DNA of 63,168 nt, filler included, from Platydemus manokwari (GCA_037951405.1; 6 parts of 6 records of this genome joined end to end with filler, not necessarily neighbours in it), one strand, 5' to 3'. Numbered from the whole stretch's first letter, positions 42,001-55,398 are shown. Notes: a model not told the origin generated them from the sequence alone. Program-made: numbers and translations.

Positions 42001-44090
42001 TAACGAGTTTTATTTAAATGATTTTTCGAAATATTTCTCGCCAAAATTTCTTTAAAAACTGTAGATTTCTTTGACGAAAAAGATTCCGGAGTAAAAGAAA
42101 AAAATATATCAAAAGAATATAATACCTTAAAGCGTCAAAGAGAGAAAATGACTAATTCAATATATATGAGTTTTCTAGAAATATTGATAACGATATTATA
42201 AGAAATAATAAAAATAATTTCTTAATATCAACATAAATTTTGATGATCAAATCGTACACCTGATGATATCAAGACACACACAATATTGGATTGTTTTTGG
42301 TTTTATTTCAATTTGTTGTTTGAATCCATGAAATTGTACGAACTACACCAATAAGCCACTGGGGAATTGAATCTCAAATAACTTTTATCACTCACAATTA
42401 TTTGTTTTATCATAAGTCTCAATATCGAATAATTTTGTAATAAAAGGAAATGATGTAACAGATGATAATTAATCACCTCTGATAATGGAAATGATATACA
42501 ATCGAAATGTAAAACCGTTCAAAAATGTCGTTTCGTATTTTATTAGATGCGTAATGAAAACATGAAAATGGATGAAATTGATAATGATAAAAACCCATAG
42601 AAATATAATGTCAAAAGAAAAAGAAAGCACATTGTATCATAAAACAATCAAATCAAATAAATATCAACACACATAAAAATGAGTTAAATAGAAAATTGTA
42701 ATCAATTGTTAAAAATTAAATCATTTGATTGCATCACAGTATTAGATTTGACTTAATTAATTTTTTAATTATAAGCTATTTATATATTCTTATTTACTGG
42801 TAAATTCTCCTTCAATAATTCCCACTCACTTCCAGAGTATTGGTATTAATCAATTATTAATAAATATTAAATTAGTTACCAAGACATGTAAGGCAAAAAA
42901 TAATTAATTAATCAATTAATTATTAATTATCGGTTAATATTTAATTATATTTATTTACATTCTGGATACAAGATAATCACAAATAATTAATTTAATTGAT
43001 ATTTAATTGACTAATTAATTAAAAACTCTTTATTATTAAATTTAATTTACTTTCGAGTTTAAAGTAAAAATTAATTAATTATTATTAATTAATTATAAAT
43101 AAATTAATTATAATTATTCAAATTCCTAAAATATCGAAAATATAATAATTAATTAATCGATATTTTAATTACTTAATTGAATTTATTAACAAGTTTTCCA
43201 AATACCTAAACTAGCATAATAAATTAATAATAAATTTTAATTTAATTTTAAATTTAATTAATTAACCTTCCGGATCTAGCAAATTCGGTATGCCAAGCTC
43301 TCTTTCGGCAATTGTGAAAGCTTGAGTCAAATTCTTCTGGTGGTTTTCCGGGTTGATTTTATCGTATTCAATCAGATCCGGACAATGAGCATGGATAAGT
43401 GCATTGAATCCCAATCCATCTCTCCAGGATTTGTGGAAATCTTTGATCTCCACGTTTTTATAATCTTTCGTCTTTCTTTGACACCACAACAATAGAGCAT
43501 CTTTAGCCGATTTATTTTCACCTGATTCCTAATTTTAGATGGTTATATTTAATATATTCACTGAATTAATTATCAATTTACAGTTTCAATTAACATTTCC
43601 TGAATTTGGAAACGTAAAATAATCGTCCATATCAAACCTAACGTCAATCGATGATTGCCATCGACGATATCTTCAGCTCCGATGTTCTCCAATGTCACCT
43701 TTATTCGGCAATTTAAAATTATAATTAAATAATTCATTTATCATAATTTTTCAATACTTTCGATTGGATATATTTCAAGGCCTTATTAACATTTTCGACG
43801 TTTTGAACTCGCAAAGTTCCTCGATTACGTTTGCCGAGATTTACGTTCGAAATAACTTCTAACAATGACATCAAAATTTTACCATCTCGTAAGTCTTTGA
43901 ACATATCATCCACTTTCAAATGGACCTATAAATTGTATTTAAGAAACTGAAAATATTTTATTAATAGTGTTCATACTTTTTTTAAATGACTATTCATCCA
44001 TTTGGTGAATGTTTTTTGTTGAATTCTTTCACGTTCTTCCTGAAGTTTTTGAATGTGAACTTGTTCATATCTTTTTAAACTATCTTCCAT
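36029..44090 (-). CDS. SPTBN5: Beta-heavy spectrin (karst/sma-1/SPTBN5-like), 5' part: two CH domains plus first spectrin repeats
   Basis: Exons 44090-43977, 43925-43758, 43698-43582, 43528-43267, 41351-41239, 41175-40988, 37048-36866, 36756-36582 and 36250-36029. They give [76 protein letters not shown] and [10 protein letters not shown]. The last fits beta-H better than conventional beta. The 3' exons are not in this window. Confidence 0.88.
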
Positions 44091-44263
44091 TTCAAAATAA
44101 TAAATTGATCGAATCGAAATACAAAATATATATTCTTTTAAATACTAGTTATAATTTATCGACTAACTCTTTAAATGAAATTGATACACTTAAACAAAAA
44201 AGAATAATATATAATTATCTAATTAACATGTAAATTTGTTTCATATATTAAATTAGTTGGCAG

Positions 44264-44363
44264 NNNNNNNNNNNNNNNNNNNNNNNNNNNNNNNNNNNNN
44301 NNNNNNNTTAATTAATTAANNNNNNNNNNNNNNNNNNNNNNNNNNNNNNNNNNNNNNNNNNNN
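44264..44363. other. Artificial contig linker
   Basis: 44N-TTAATTAATTAA-44N. Confidence 0.98.
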
Positions 44364-44513
44364 CTTGTCAACTTTCTTACAGACAATGGGTGGTGACTTT
44401 TCCAGTAAGGGGCAGCAAGACTGTTCGAAGGGAATCTACTTGTTAGCAGGTTTGTTGCCATGTGCTTGCATTCTGTTGACCATATGAAAGAATGTGTGTC
44501 CAGATCACATGAA

Positions 44514-45363
44514 ATGTATGGCTCGATATCAGTTATTTGTATTTTTAGCCTGATCTTTTTGTTGATGCATAGCACAAATGAAGGTAAAAGTAAGTATGTC
44601 GTTGTCATTGTAGTAATAGACAGTTTAAATTGTGTGTGTTGTGGATTATGACTATAAAAGTATTAATATTGAGCACGGTAAGGTTTTTTAAAACCTCTAA
44701 ACAGCTATCTATTCTGTAGCACTAGCTATTACATTCCAAATTCCTTTAATCTTTTTGTTTATTCTTTAAATTCAAAATTATTAAACTGAATTTTCGATTT
44801 ATTTGATCAATATATTTTGTTTGAAGACCGAATATAAATACAATTTGTTTGAATTTTATATTTGATAATTTAACCTTGAGTTATTTTCGAATGAACAAAT
44901 TAATATTAAATAAATGGAAAATTATTTGCAGAGTATAGTTATTTTAAATAATTTTAGTTATCATGAGTTCATTTTAATAGAGTTCAAAATTATTTCAAAA
45001 TTTTGTTAGATATTCTTCTAGTAATGTAAAAAACATTCAACTTGGTAAATTCAAATAAATGAGTTATTATAAAATCAAAATTTGTCATTTCAGATTATGG
45101 AAAAAAATTAAACCAAGACGAAAATTCTGGCTCAGATTTTGCCAAATCAGATATTGATATTAAAAAAGCGAAAAGTGATATACAGTAAATCTTTAATCAC
45201 TCATTTCACGATTTATATAATATTATTAAGACCTGAAAATCTTCAAAAGCCAGGCAAAAATAGACGTTTAACAATTTTACTGGCCTTGTTTTGGTTATTT
45301 CCAATAAGTGTTGTTTTTCTAAAAGTTGTAGATTTTTACCAACATAAAGATTATAATAAATAA
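44514..45363 (+). CDS. Hypothetical small membrane protein, about 97 aa, 3 exons
   Basis: Phase-consistent model 44514-44583, 45094-45184, 45231-45363. It gives signal-peptide-like MYGSISVICIFSLIFLLMHS, a charged spacer and a C-terminal hydrophobic helix LTILLALFWLFPISVVFL. Confidence 0.4.
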
Positions 45364-48300
45364 GAAGTTGTTTTTGTTGATTGTTTGAGAATAACATGTT
45401 ATTTATTTTATTGATAAACAACCATGTAGTAACGAGAAATTTGTAATGGGGTTTTAATATAATGAAATATTAATTCATATTTAAGTTAAACTTTGGAACG
45501 AAGAAGGAAGCTTGTGTTATCTTCATGTATTTAAATTTACTTTGTATTATTTTTAATAATTATTATGAAAAAAAATATCTCAAAATGTAATTATGTTAGA
45601 CAGATATCTCTGTTAGCATTCATTATTATTTAAAAGTGGTTCTATAGTTATGTTTTGCAATCATTTTTGATTATTATATCTAATTTAGGACTTTTAAATA
45701 ATAACAATAACATTCATTGATTGTTTAAGCATGTTAAATGATCAGCAATCCTATATTAATGACTGAAACTTGGATAGTAATTATAAGACAACCAATAAAA
45801 TTAATAAATGATTTACCCTGCATTAACCATCTTCAATTAAATATTATATATCAAGTGTTAATTTTGGTTTTATCTTGTAATTATTGCCTTGAGAGTTGTC
45901 CCTTTGTCTTTGGACTGAAAATTAAGACCTAGTCGTGATATCAACAAATTTTATCATAAGAAATTATTTAATATCTTTATTTTTATAAATTTTTGTAATT
46001 ATGGATTTACTCATAAACTTCAAATGAGAACAGGCCGTTTGTGTGTACCCCATGGAAGTAAAAGTCAAATTGTCTAGAATGACAAACAGAGATAAAACTA
46101 GATTGGTGAACCAAATTCCAATTCTAATCACAATGCTTTTCTTACGTTTGTGGAAATGCCATTTATGTTTATCTGCATTTGGAAGAAATCTCTATGATTC
46201 CCAATAACAACATGCATCCAACCTGTTAATTAAAAATTTATACGTTTATTTTAATTGTAAATTGACTTCTTGTATGTTTTAATAACTTAACATTAATTGT
46301 TCCTATTAAATAAATGTAAAAATTTATAGTATAAATTATACTTATTACCATATTTTATTCATTAAAATCAACTGGGCTGTTAAACGGAAACAACGTGAAA
46401 GGGATTAGATTTAAACAGTTAGAACTTAAGTAGAATTAAAACTTTTTTGCAAAAAAGATACTTTTGTTTGGAAGTTAATCAACCCATTTATGAATTCTCA
46501 ATTTGTTTAAATAAATGTTTTATATTGTTACAGTGTATTTTATTTGAATGAATAAATTATTATTTAAAGATTTGAAGTTTGTTGTTGTACGTACGATTAT
46601 TTTAAATGACAATTTGATTTTGATTAAAGGGTTCACGAAAACTTCGAAATTTCTTAAAATATTCTACTAATGAAAGTAAAGAGATACCACATTTAGGTAA
46701 ATTTTGATCCGGTAATAAGTTAATTATAGATATAAAAATTTGTAGATAATTCTAAGAACAATCAAAAAATCAATCATGAAGAAAAACCTACTACATATAC
46801 GGATGTGAACAATGTTCCAATTCATCTTTTTAAGTAAAATTTTAATTTGTTTTTATTTCCATAATAAAAATTCATAGTTTCGGTAAACAATCCAAAAATA
46901 ATTCGACCACAAATGTTGGAATTTTTCTCTCACTTTTTGCATTACTTTCAGCGAGTGTGGCAATTTTTAAAGTTATAACATATTAGAAATGTTGATGGTT
47001 TTAATAAATCATTTTAATAATTGGTACAAATAAATATTATTTCAGATCAATTTTTTATGATTTATGATTATCGTGAATCTTAACAAAGATATTTATGAAT
47101 GCTATTAATACAATAGCTAGATACATACTTGATTTGAATTTAGACTACAATATTTATTAATGTTAGACGTCTAATGAATCCACTCATATCATCTAATCAT
47201 AATCACACAATCTTGGCTACTATATATATATATATATAGAAAACTAGTTGATCTTAAACCATTATTAAAAATTTATTTTACCATTTTTAACCAATTAATA
47301 ACTTTTGTGCAAATTGAAAGATGTTATGTAAACCATTAATCATTTATATTCACCTGCAACCCATGTTATTCAGGACGAATTGATTGGGTATTAGATGTGT
47401 AGCAGTGTGTGTATTATTGAGCGGTTTTAATATTAAATCATCTGATCACCTGTCTACTGATTTTTAGTGGGATGGTGTTTTCATCAGCAACGATTAATCG
47501 TTTAGATTGACATGTTCGAGGTACAAGTTTGTATGCACCATTAGTCTATTTGAGCTCAGAAATGTTTGTTGTCATTATTATGTAAAAATATATAACTTGT
47601 TTATCCAATAATCAGCGATTTTCGTTAGCTGTTGCTGTTTGAGAGGGCTTGAATTCGATTAGATAAACTGACTATCAGCTATAGTTTAATAATGAATTCT
47701 CTCTCATCACACAAATAAATAACAAAATAATATTACAAAAAATTATCTAATCAAAAAGCTTAGCTTGAGGAACATGTGGAGTCTAGCCCAGTCATGATGG
47801 GCACAATAATATAGATACAAACATTAATACACATAAATATATCAAAATCAATTAATTGTGGTTACAATATAATGCAAATTTAATACTGGACAATATAATA
47901 TATAAATACGTAGAATGATATTGATCAAGGATTGTCTTAGTAATTAAAGCAGTAAAAAGATTTAAAAAAAATAAAAGCTTTCAAAATTAGTCACAGAAAA
48001 GTAAATTAAAACATTTAGTTTAAAATATATAATAATAAATGTGGACAAGGCAAAATATTATTACAAATTACTTGTAATTAAGATGATTTTAAAAAAAATT
48101 AAAATTGTTTAAATTCAACCAAATCTATTTTTTTGCTTAATTAAAAAAGAAAAATTCAAGGACGTTTTAAAAATGAACCATACATATGAACCGTTTTGTA
48201 AAAAGTTCATGTTTTCCTTAATTGGGCTTCCTCTTCATAATTACGCTTTGTTTAAGACAAAACCAGTTATCAGAAACACTGAGACAACGAATTCTAAAGA

Positions 48301-51101
48301 GGAAATCAGAAAGTCTTAGTCTCGTTCAATGAATCTTTTTCCGTAATGTTAAGTAAACTATCACGGGTCATAAATTCACAAAATTTTAAAGACTACCAGT
48401 CACATAATTTTAAAAAAGAATTGGGCAACTCCTACCTAGTGTTTTATACGATAAGGGACAGCAAAAACAACATTTAATATAACTTTCAGAAAACTGTCTC
48501 GATATCCGCAAGTGTTCCATCAAACGCAAGTGTCTCATAAAGTATCAGAAACTAAAATCCTCTAAAACACTCACAAGCTTAAGCTATCAGAAATTACAAT
48601 GTTCAAACAAATCCCAATTTTCAAAAATGTATACTAAGAAATATTAATCTTAAAATGGATGAATTTTAAAATTTAAAATAGTGAGGACCGATTTCTGATG
48701 AATATTAAAATAAAAATATAGGAGTAGTGGTAAGAGAATGGTTATGCAATCCAATATGTTAAAAGAAAATAATAGAATTAATTATTCAAAATCCGCATAG
48801 AAAAAGACAGTATGAAAGGAGTACATAAATTAGGAAAATCGCTCACAAATAATTTAGAATCAATTAGTTTGGAAAAATCTTGCAATAATACTCAACAAAT
48901 CAGTTTAAAACAGGCTTGTAGTTTATTACAGTTTAATTATCGATAAGTTTATTATTGAAGAATATATTTAATTTTTTGCTAGAGTAAACACACACACGGA
49001 CATATATATACACTACATTTTAACATTTATGATATTTACAGAACGGCGGTTGTGTACCGGTTATGGGTACCTGTCCTCGTTGATCCACCTTTCTATAACT
49101 TACCTGTTTGTTAAGTATTGACTTTGTTTGATTGGTAAATTAAGTTTGCTTTGTTTGAATATTTTTCATTGACTTGCATAAAATTTGTAAAAGAAATCAT
49201 ATTAGATAACTGTGAATCGTTTTAGACAACAGTGTATGTTGTGTTAATTTCTTTGTGGTCCTATGAATGTATTGGTGTTGCGCTTAATTTTCGATCTGAT
49301 TCCAAAGATCTGTTGAGTTTCGAATGATAGATATAATATGAATATTAGTTATCGATTATGAATATATGAATAAGACAGTGTTCCTGGAAAAATGTATTGA
49401 ATATAAATATGCACTAAAATATACACTTTGAGATTCTGAAGTATCTAATGGGGTAAAATGTGTAAGTGAACTAAAAAGTTAAATTTAATTAGCGTTAATC
49501 AACGTAAACTAATTTTCTGATAATTATGAAATAATCGAGTATTGAAATCTGTATAATTATATTGGATTAAATGTGTTAGATTCTTTTCGGATAATCAATC
49601 AATAAATTTTGATTCAAAAAAGTTACTTTAAAATCACAAAATCTGGTGAGTTATTTATTATAAATTATGTTAGCTAAATTCCAAAAAGCTTAATATTTCG
49701 AATTATATATCTGTTACAAATGTTTATTGTTGCTGGGAATTATAATTATCGACCAATAGAGGTAAAATAGTAAGAAATAACGACCATAAAAAATGGACCA
49801 TTACAATAATAATGGACAAAAATTACCGACCATGAAAGACTGGAGGTTGTCCAAAAATGGATACTTTACATAGTCTTCTTATACATATTATTCAATTGAT
49901 TCATTTAAACAAATCGTTCTGGAAAACTTATTTTTATTTAAGTAAAGTATTAATGTTTCTCTTATAATTTATTTTATTACATTTTAAAATTTTATTTTTT
50001 AAGTAGTGGACACGTCAAATCAACCAATTCATAAATAATTATATTTTGATTTTATTTATTCAAATAACGCACATCTATGTTCATAATTTGATATTCTATT
50101 CATAAACTGTATTAGAAATGTATAAAGTAATAGCTGAGTATCATCGCCATCGAACTGCATTTTTACCAGCTAGCGTGAACCCAATGCTATTTCTTATTAC
50201 AGCTGAGATGCTCTGGTAATTCTATTTTGCGTGTTTAAACTGCTTTATTTCTATTATTTATTTACATTTGTACATTTTATCACTTAGCATTTATCACTCT
50301 AACAATGTCTGCTTGATGTCATTGTTTAAGTAAAATTACGAAATAAGATTACAAGGCTTCTTATCTTTATTTAAATTATGATGTCAAACTATAATGTGAA
50401 AATAATAATTTTAGTTTTAACCTATAGAGTAATTAAAATTTTAACGAGATACCACCCATCAAAACTACTGAAAATTTGTTACTAATTATCATCAATCTTA
50501 ATTTCTTGTCGATATTTCTGGTGAAATTCGTTTAAGATTATTTTCTTAATATTTATGTGTAGTGAATCGTAAAAATAATTTATAACGGTCTATTTGAAAA
50601 AGTAAAAGAATAATAGTTCCTATTGCTCCGTCCCTCAATAAATTTTGCGAATTTACATATTATTTACAAATGAAAGTTACATTTCGTGTAGAAACGACAA
50701 ATTGGAACAAACGGGGAAATATAACACAAATTCTTCTGGCCGCAAAACCACACATAAAGTAATTATGCGGTTGGTCGATTAAAATCAATGTTTTTTTCAG
50801 ATAAACTTATTTTATAGCTGTCCATATTTTAAAACCAAATGAATTAAAACTGAACATCGTGATAATTCCAGTATCTACGATTCTTGCTAACAAATATTAT
50901 TACAAAGTATATTAATAAGTAAGAAAAAAATCTAAGTACAAGTAAAATTCAATTAAATTAAAATTATCGATTTATAATTTTTCAAGATTTTGCTTTTTAA
51001 TTTTATAAGATGTATTGGTGTTTAATAATAATATATGGCATTTCTTAAACAAAAAATATATTGATGAATAAAATTAATCATTATTTTATAAATTAAGTGA
51101 A

Positions 51102-52541
51102 ATGTCGGAAAGTTTATACATATCTCGGAGTCAATTTTTTGCTAATAGAATGACTGGTCCTATACCAGATCCTCCGGTATTTACTTCAAAATCTGTAAAG
51201 TTTACTGTTCCTCCGTATTTTGCTTTTGAGCATGCTGAATCCCAGTGGTTAATAAATATGGTTCGGTCAAATAGTTGGGATAGAATTTGGAGAGTAGCAA
51301 TAAGTAATCCTGATTATTTTATTCAAACTTATATTCAATTTCCCGATTGTCCCGATACGGGAATGGGTGATCCTATGTTTCATAAAAGATGTGTTTTATA
51401 TTTAACTCCTCTGGGGTTATCTATTTATATGAATCGACATATACTTGTTCAAAAAATATTGGAATTTAAAACCGAAGATAACCAATTTTTAGTTGATCCA
51501 AATCAACAGCTTTATGCAACAAATGTGTATGAAAGAAATCCAATTTGTAGTGACTTACATGTAATTTTTCCGTTCTGTGTACTTTTTCGAAGAGAATCAT
51601 ATGAATGTACAAAATATTTACTAAGAGCAGGATGGAATGCACATGCCGGTTTTTTATTACCCTATCGTCGATCATATCGTATGTTTTCATTTGAATACAA
51701 AGACTTTCTGGATTATTGCATAGCTCAGATGACAGTTAAAGCTAATCTTAGATTGACAAATTTAATTTATGCTATGACAAGTGCAATGTCCAGTAATTTT
51801 AGCTTATTAGAATTTGAAAAAGTATTGTGCACTTACAAAGAATCAGAGTACGAAGATTGGATATCTTTACCTCGCAGAATGTTAAGGTATATATATTATT
51901 TTGATAAAGACTTAAGATTAGCATGTCAAATAATTCGTTGTGTTAAAGTAATACAGAAATCGCTATTTTTTGCTGGGCCCTGTAAATCTGCTTTTGAAAT
52001 TAACTATTCCGAAAGAAAAGAACCATCTAAATTACATAATGATAGAAAGTCAAAAGTATTGTTTGATCAAGACTGCTGTATTAGTTTAATACTAGGCATA
52101 TTCTATAGGGCTGTAAGTTTACGTCATAATCAAACACAGGAAAAGCTGTTGGAGGTGCTATTGTCGATATTAATTGATACTCATTGGTTGTTGCACTTTT
52201 TAGTGACTTCTCCAAAACAATTGATCGCATATTTTGATGATTTAATGGAAAACGTGAAGCCCCTTAAAATATATACATTCGAAATTACAAGAAAGAACAT
52301 TAGCCATAAAATGAGAAACAATTATTTTCATAGAAATGATTTACCAGAATTAAAAGTAAAATCAACTAATAAAACTGACTGGGACAATGCTTTGAATGAA
52401 TTCTACGCACTTTATAAAGATAAGTTGGGAGGTACTTATCAAAGTCTAAATATAAGAACAAGTGCACATAATGAAAATAATGTGTTTACTGTACCTCACG
52501 AAATAGACGATTTACAAGAAGCTCCGTATATTATAACTTAG
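51102..52541 (+). CDS. Intronless 479-aa protein with degenerate ankyrin-like repeats
   Basis: 1.44-kb uninterrupted ORF in very AT-rich DNA. Ankyrin-like LTPLGLSIYMNRHILVQKILE...VDPN and YECTKYLLRAG. Confidence 0.75.
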   Translation: MSESLYISRSQFFANRMTGPIPDPPVFTSKSVKFTVPPYFAFEHAESQWLINMVRSNSWDRIWRVAISNPDYFIQTYIQFPDCPDTGMGDPMFHKRCVLYLTPLGLSIYMNRHILVQKILEFKTEDNQFLVDPNQQLYATNVYERNPICSDLHVIFPFCVLFRRESYECTKYLLRAGWNAHAGFLLPYRRSYRMFSFEYKDFLDYCIAQMTVKANLRLTNLIYAMTSAMSSNFSLLEFEKVLCTYKESEYEDWISLPRRMLRYIYYFDKDLRLACQIIRCVKVIQKSLFFAGPCKSAFEINYSERKEPSKLHNDRKSKVLFDQDCCISLILGIFYRAVSLRHNQTQEKLLEVLLSILIDTHWLLHFLVTSPKQLIAYFDDLMENVKPLKIYTFEITRKNISHKMRNNYFHRNDLPELKVKSTNKTDWDNALNEFYALYKDKLGGTYQSLNIRTSAHNENNVFTVPHEIDDLQEAPYIIT

Positions 52542-52797
52542 TTTAAAAATGTGATTGAATTAAATGTTAAATTATTTTTATTAATTACTCAAAGTACTTG
52601 AGTGTTAATATTTTATTCTTATTTATTAATTTTGGTTTGAATAAAAATAATATTAACAAAATAAATATAAATTTTAATAGTTTATTGTGAATTCTGTTTG
52701 TATTGAAATTGTATTTAATTAAAATAGCTACTAACATTTGTTTTAAACTTAATGAATTAATGAAATAGTTTAAATTTTTTCCGTAAAGTATCACTAT

Positions 52798-53469
52798 ATG
52801 ATTAATTTTAGATTAAAAAAAGTTTTATTTAAGTTCAACAAATATATTTTTGATTTTAGGAAGAAACAATTGTTTTAAAAGAAATTACCGAGAAGTATGA
52901 AATCCCTAGAGACAAAACATACGATGAAGTCATTGAAGCATTGGAGTCGAAAATCATGGATTTCCGTGTTGAACTTAATAAATGTTTCAAGTCAAAAGCA
53001 GCGATACAAAAAATCTTGCAAGCCACAAACGTGCCATCATACGATGAAAAACAAAGCATGACTTTGTCTAAAACAATAAATAACGAAATCAGTGATTACA
53101 AAAACAAAATAGAAGATCTTGAAGATGATATTTTAGCTTTAAAACAATATGAAAATCCTCTGGGTACGATTTTAGTTGTCACTCAATCTATTAATAAAAG
53201 ATTAATTAGTTGAAGATGTAAATCCAAATGCCTTAAACTTTGAAATGTGTCTGAAAGACTTGCAGCATCGATTAGCAATTGAAATTTCTGTATGAAATTT
53301 ATAAATTTTTCAACTTTTACAAAAATTCTAGGTAAGAAACGGCGCAGAAAAGCTTTTGCTTCTTCACAAAGGTAAACATCGAGAAGAAACAAAGCGTTTG
53401 TTCGATGAAGCACAAACGAAAATCAGATTTATCGAAAATCAAATCAGTCGTCTGAAACATCCTAACAAA
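52798..53469 (+). CDS. PKN: Protein kinase N (PKN/PRK) N-terminal HR1 region, partial
   Basis: Exons 52798-52821 (tentative first exon), 52860-53163, 53210-53289 and 53332-53469. Spliced product has VLKEITEKY (PKN N-terminus), a coiled coil at the HR1a position, and the HR1b motif LQHRLAIEISVRNGAEKLL...EAQTKIRFIENQI. The kinase domain is not in the window. Confidence 0.7.
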
Positions 53470-54060
53470 GTGTGTTTTTGAATTATTTTTAAATTTATGA
53501 AAATTTTTGTTCAATCCAATTTTCAACCATTGAAATTTCCAATAAAACAAATTCTCACGAATAATTTAAATAATAAACGAATAATTTAAAGTTTCTGAAA
53601 ATATCCGTCGAAATTTTCAAAGATCTACAATTACTGATTCTTGGACTATGTTAATTAATTAATTTAATTAAAAATATTGATTTAATTAAAATAATATTTG
53701 TTCAAAATTTATAATAAATTTGATAATTTATGAAAAATAAAAACAATATCTGTCGAGAAATCCATTCTAAACTATTTGAATGAGGGGTGATTTCTATGAA
53801 TGAATAAACAATGCAATTAATTCCTCAAATATTGATTTTTTTAATGCCATATTAATGAATTTGCCATGACGACATGATTAATTGTATATTTGAAGATAAA
53901 TCGATATTTACCATTTTCTCTATTGGCCTATTATTTATTATGCATCAGATAATCTATCTATGCTATATATTTATTGCATTTGATTTGTATTGCTTTTACA
54001 AGATTCAGCTTATACTGATCATTTTATACCATTTATTAATAGAGAAATATACTATTTATT

Positions 54061-54160
54061 NNNNNNNNNNNNNNNNNNNNNNNNNNNNNNNNNNNNNNNN
54101 NNNNTTAATTAATTAANNNNNNNNNNNNNNNNNNNNNNNNNNNNNNNNNNNNNNNNNNNN
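54061..54160. other. Artificial contig linker
   Basis: 44N-TTAATTAATTAA-44N. Confidence 0.98.
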
Positions 54161-54332
54161 CACACTCACTATCTTTGCGAATTATTTCTATGCTCTGATT
54201 GACATTTTTTTCAGGTATCAAACGACACAGATTGTTAAGCCAATGAAGTTGGATTTTTTTAAGTTTTTGACTTTTATTATAAGTATATTATGTTTAGAAA
54301 TTTTTGAGATATATCGAAATTTCTTTTGTGTT

Positions 54333-54344
54333 GGGGGGAGATAA
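54333..54344 (+). other. Polypurine tract
   Basis: GGGGGGAGATAA immediately before the TG start of the LTR. Confidence 0.8.
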
Positions 54345-55319
54345 TGTTATAGGGTTACCCTCACCAGGTGTAAATAATGGAAAGTGCAGTCCAGCTGCTC
54401 AGCGAGGAAACGACAACAAGGAGAATTGATAATGGGGTACAAGATCTAGTTTCGTTGTAGGCAGTTTTTTAGAACTAGTAATTAAACATTCTCCTAAATA
54501 CGTGTTATACCTGATGTGGGAGAGGGAATCATGTTTTCGGTAGGTGGCGACAAATGTCTCCCTTGATCATTAGCTCTGATTTTATAGCGTAGTAAATTAC
54601 TTGGGTCTGAGATTTAGAAGTTTAAGGACAAAAGGTGGAAGTTGTCTGGAGACAGGGTGTCTGTCTAAGTTTATAGTGCTAGTTTATAAGGGCGTTTAGG
54701 TTAAATGGTTTGGGTTTCGAGTAGATAATTAAGAATTCAGTCCAGAAATTAGTAATTACCCAAACTGTAACCAATCCTTGGTTTGACTGATTTCAAGCTA
54801 GCCAATGGGATAAATCACTAGAGTTGGTAGGGGAAAAAAGGACGGAACGGGGGGTTTTAAAATTGAGGTTCAACTGGGAAAAGGGTAGTTTTGAATCTGG
54901 CACTCGAAGCCTACGGAAGTGTTTAAGTTGTGTGAAGGTTGTGTATTCACCTTCAATAGATTAGAGTAGATGTAGTTAAAGAGCCTATGGGTTAACTAGG
55001 TGTATTGTTTCATCAAGCGATAGCTTAACACACCTAATAGTTATATAGCAATTAATAGATTTAAGAGTTTTACATCAAGAGATTTTAGGAATAGAAGTTA
55101 TATGATAAGTTTATGTCAAGAAAGACAAGCATATGTTTTTATAGTTCCATGCAATTCAGCTTTTGTATTAGGAGATTTTGATTAGTTGTCATCAAATAGA
55201 TTTGCATAGTTTGTACAATAAACAGTGATGAAGTCACCAAAAGTGTGTTGTGTTGCTAGTACATTTCATCATTAACATTATTACCAGTAGCAGGAGCAAC
55301 ATATACAGGGACTATAACA
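54345..55319 (+). repeat. Long terminal repeat (~975 bp)
   Basis: TG...CA ends with a perfect 8-bp terminal inverted repeat TGTTATAG/CTATAACA. Two CCAAT boxes at ~54770-54806, TTTTAAAA at ~54855 and AATAAA at ~55217. Alternative right end at 55329. Confidence 0.8.
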
Positions 55320-55334
55320 TACTATTACATTAAA

Positions 55335-55354
55335 TGGTCAACCGTGACCAGGAT
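55335..55354 (+). other. Primer binding site, tRNA-Arg-like
   Basis: TGGTCAACCGTGACCAGGAT resembles the complement of animal tRNA-Arg(TCG) 3' ends (TGGCGACCGTGACAGGAT). Confidence 0.6.
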
Positions 55355-55398
55355 CGGAATTGTTTGCCGTAGAACAGTAGAAAAACAAACTGATATTG

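Noticed and set aside
51102-52859. Ankyrin-like gene nested in a PKN intron
   Set aside because: A plausible short first PKN exon (52798-52821, 38-nt intron) removes the need for nesting.
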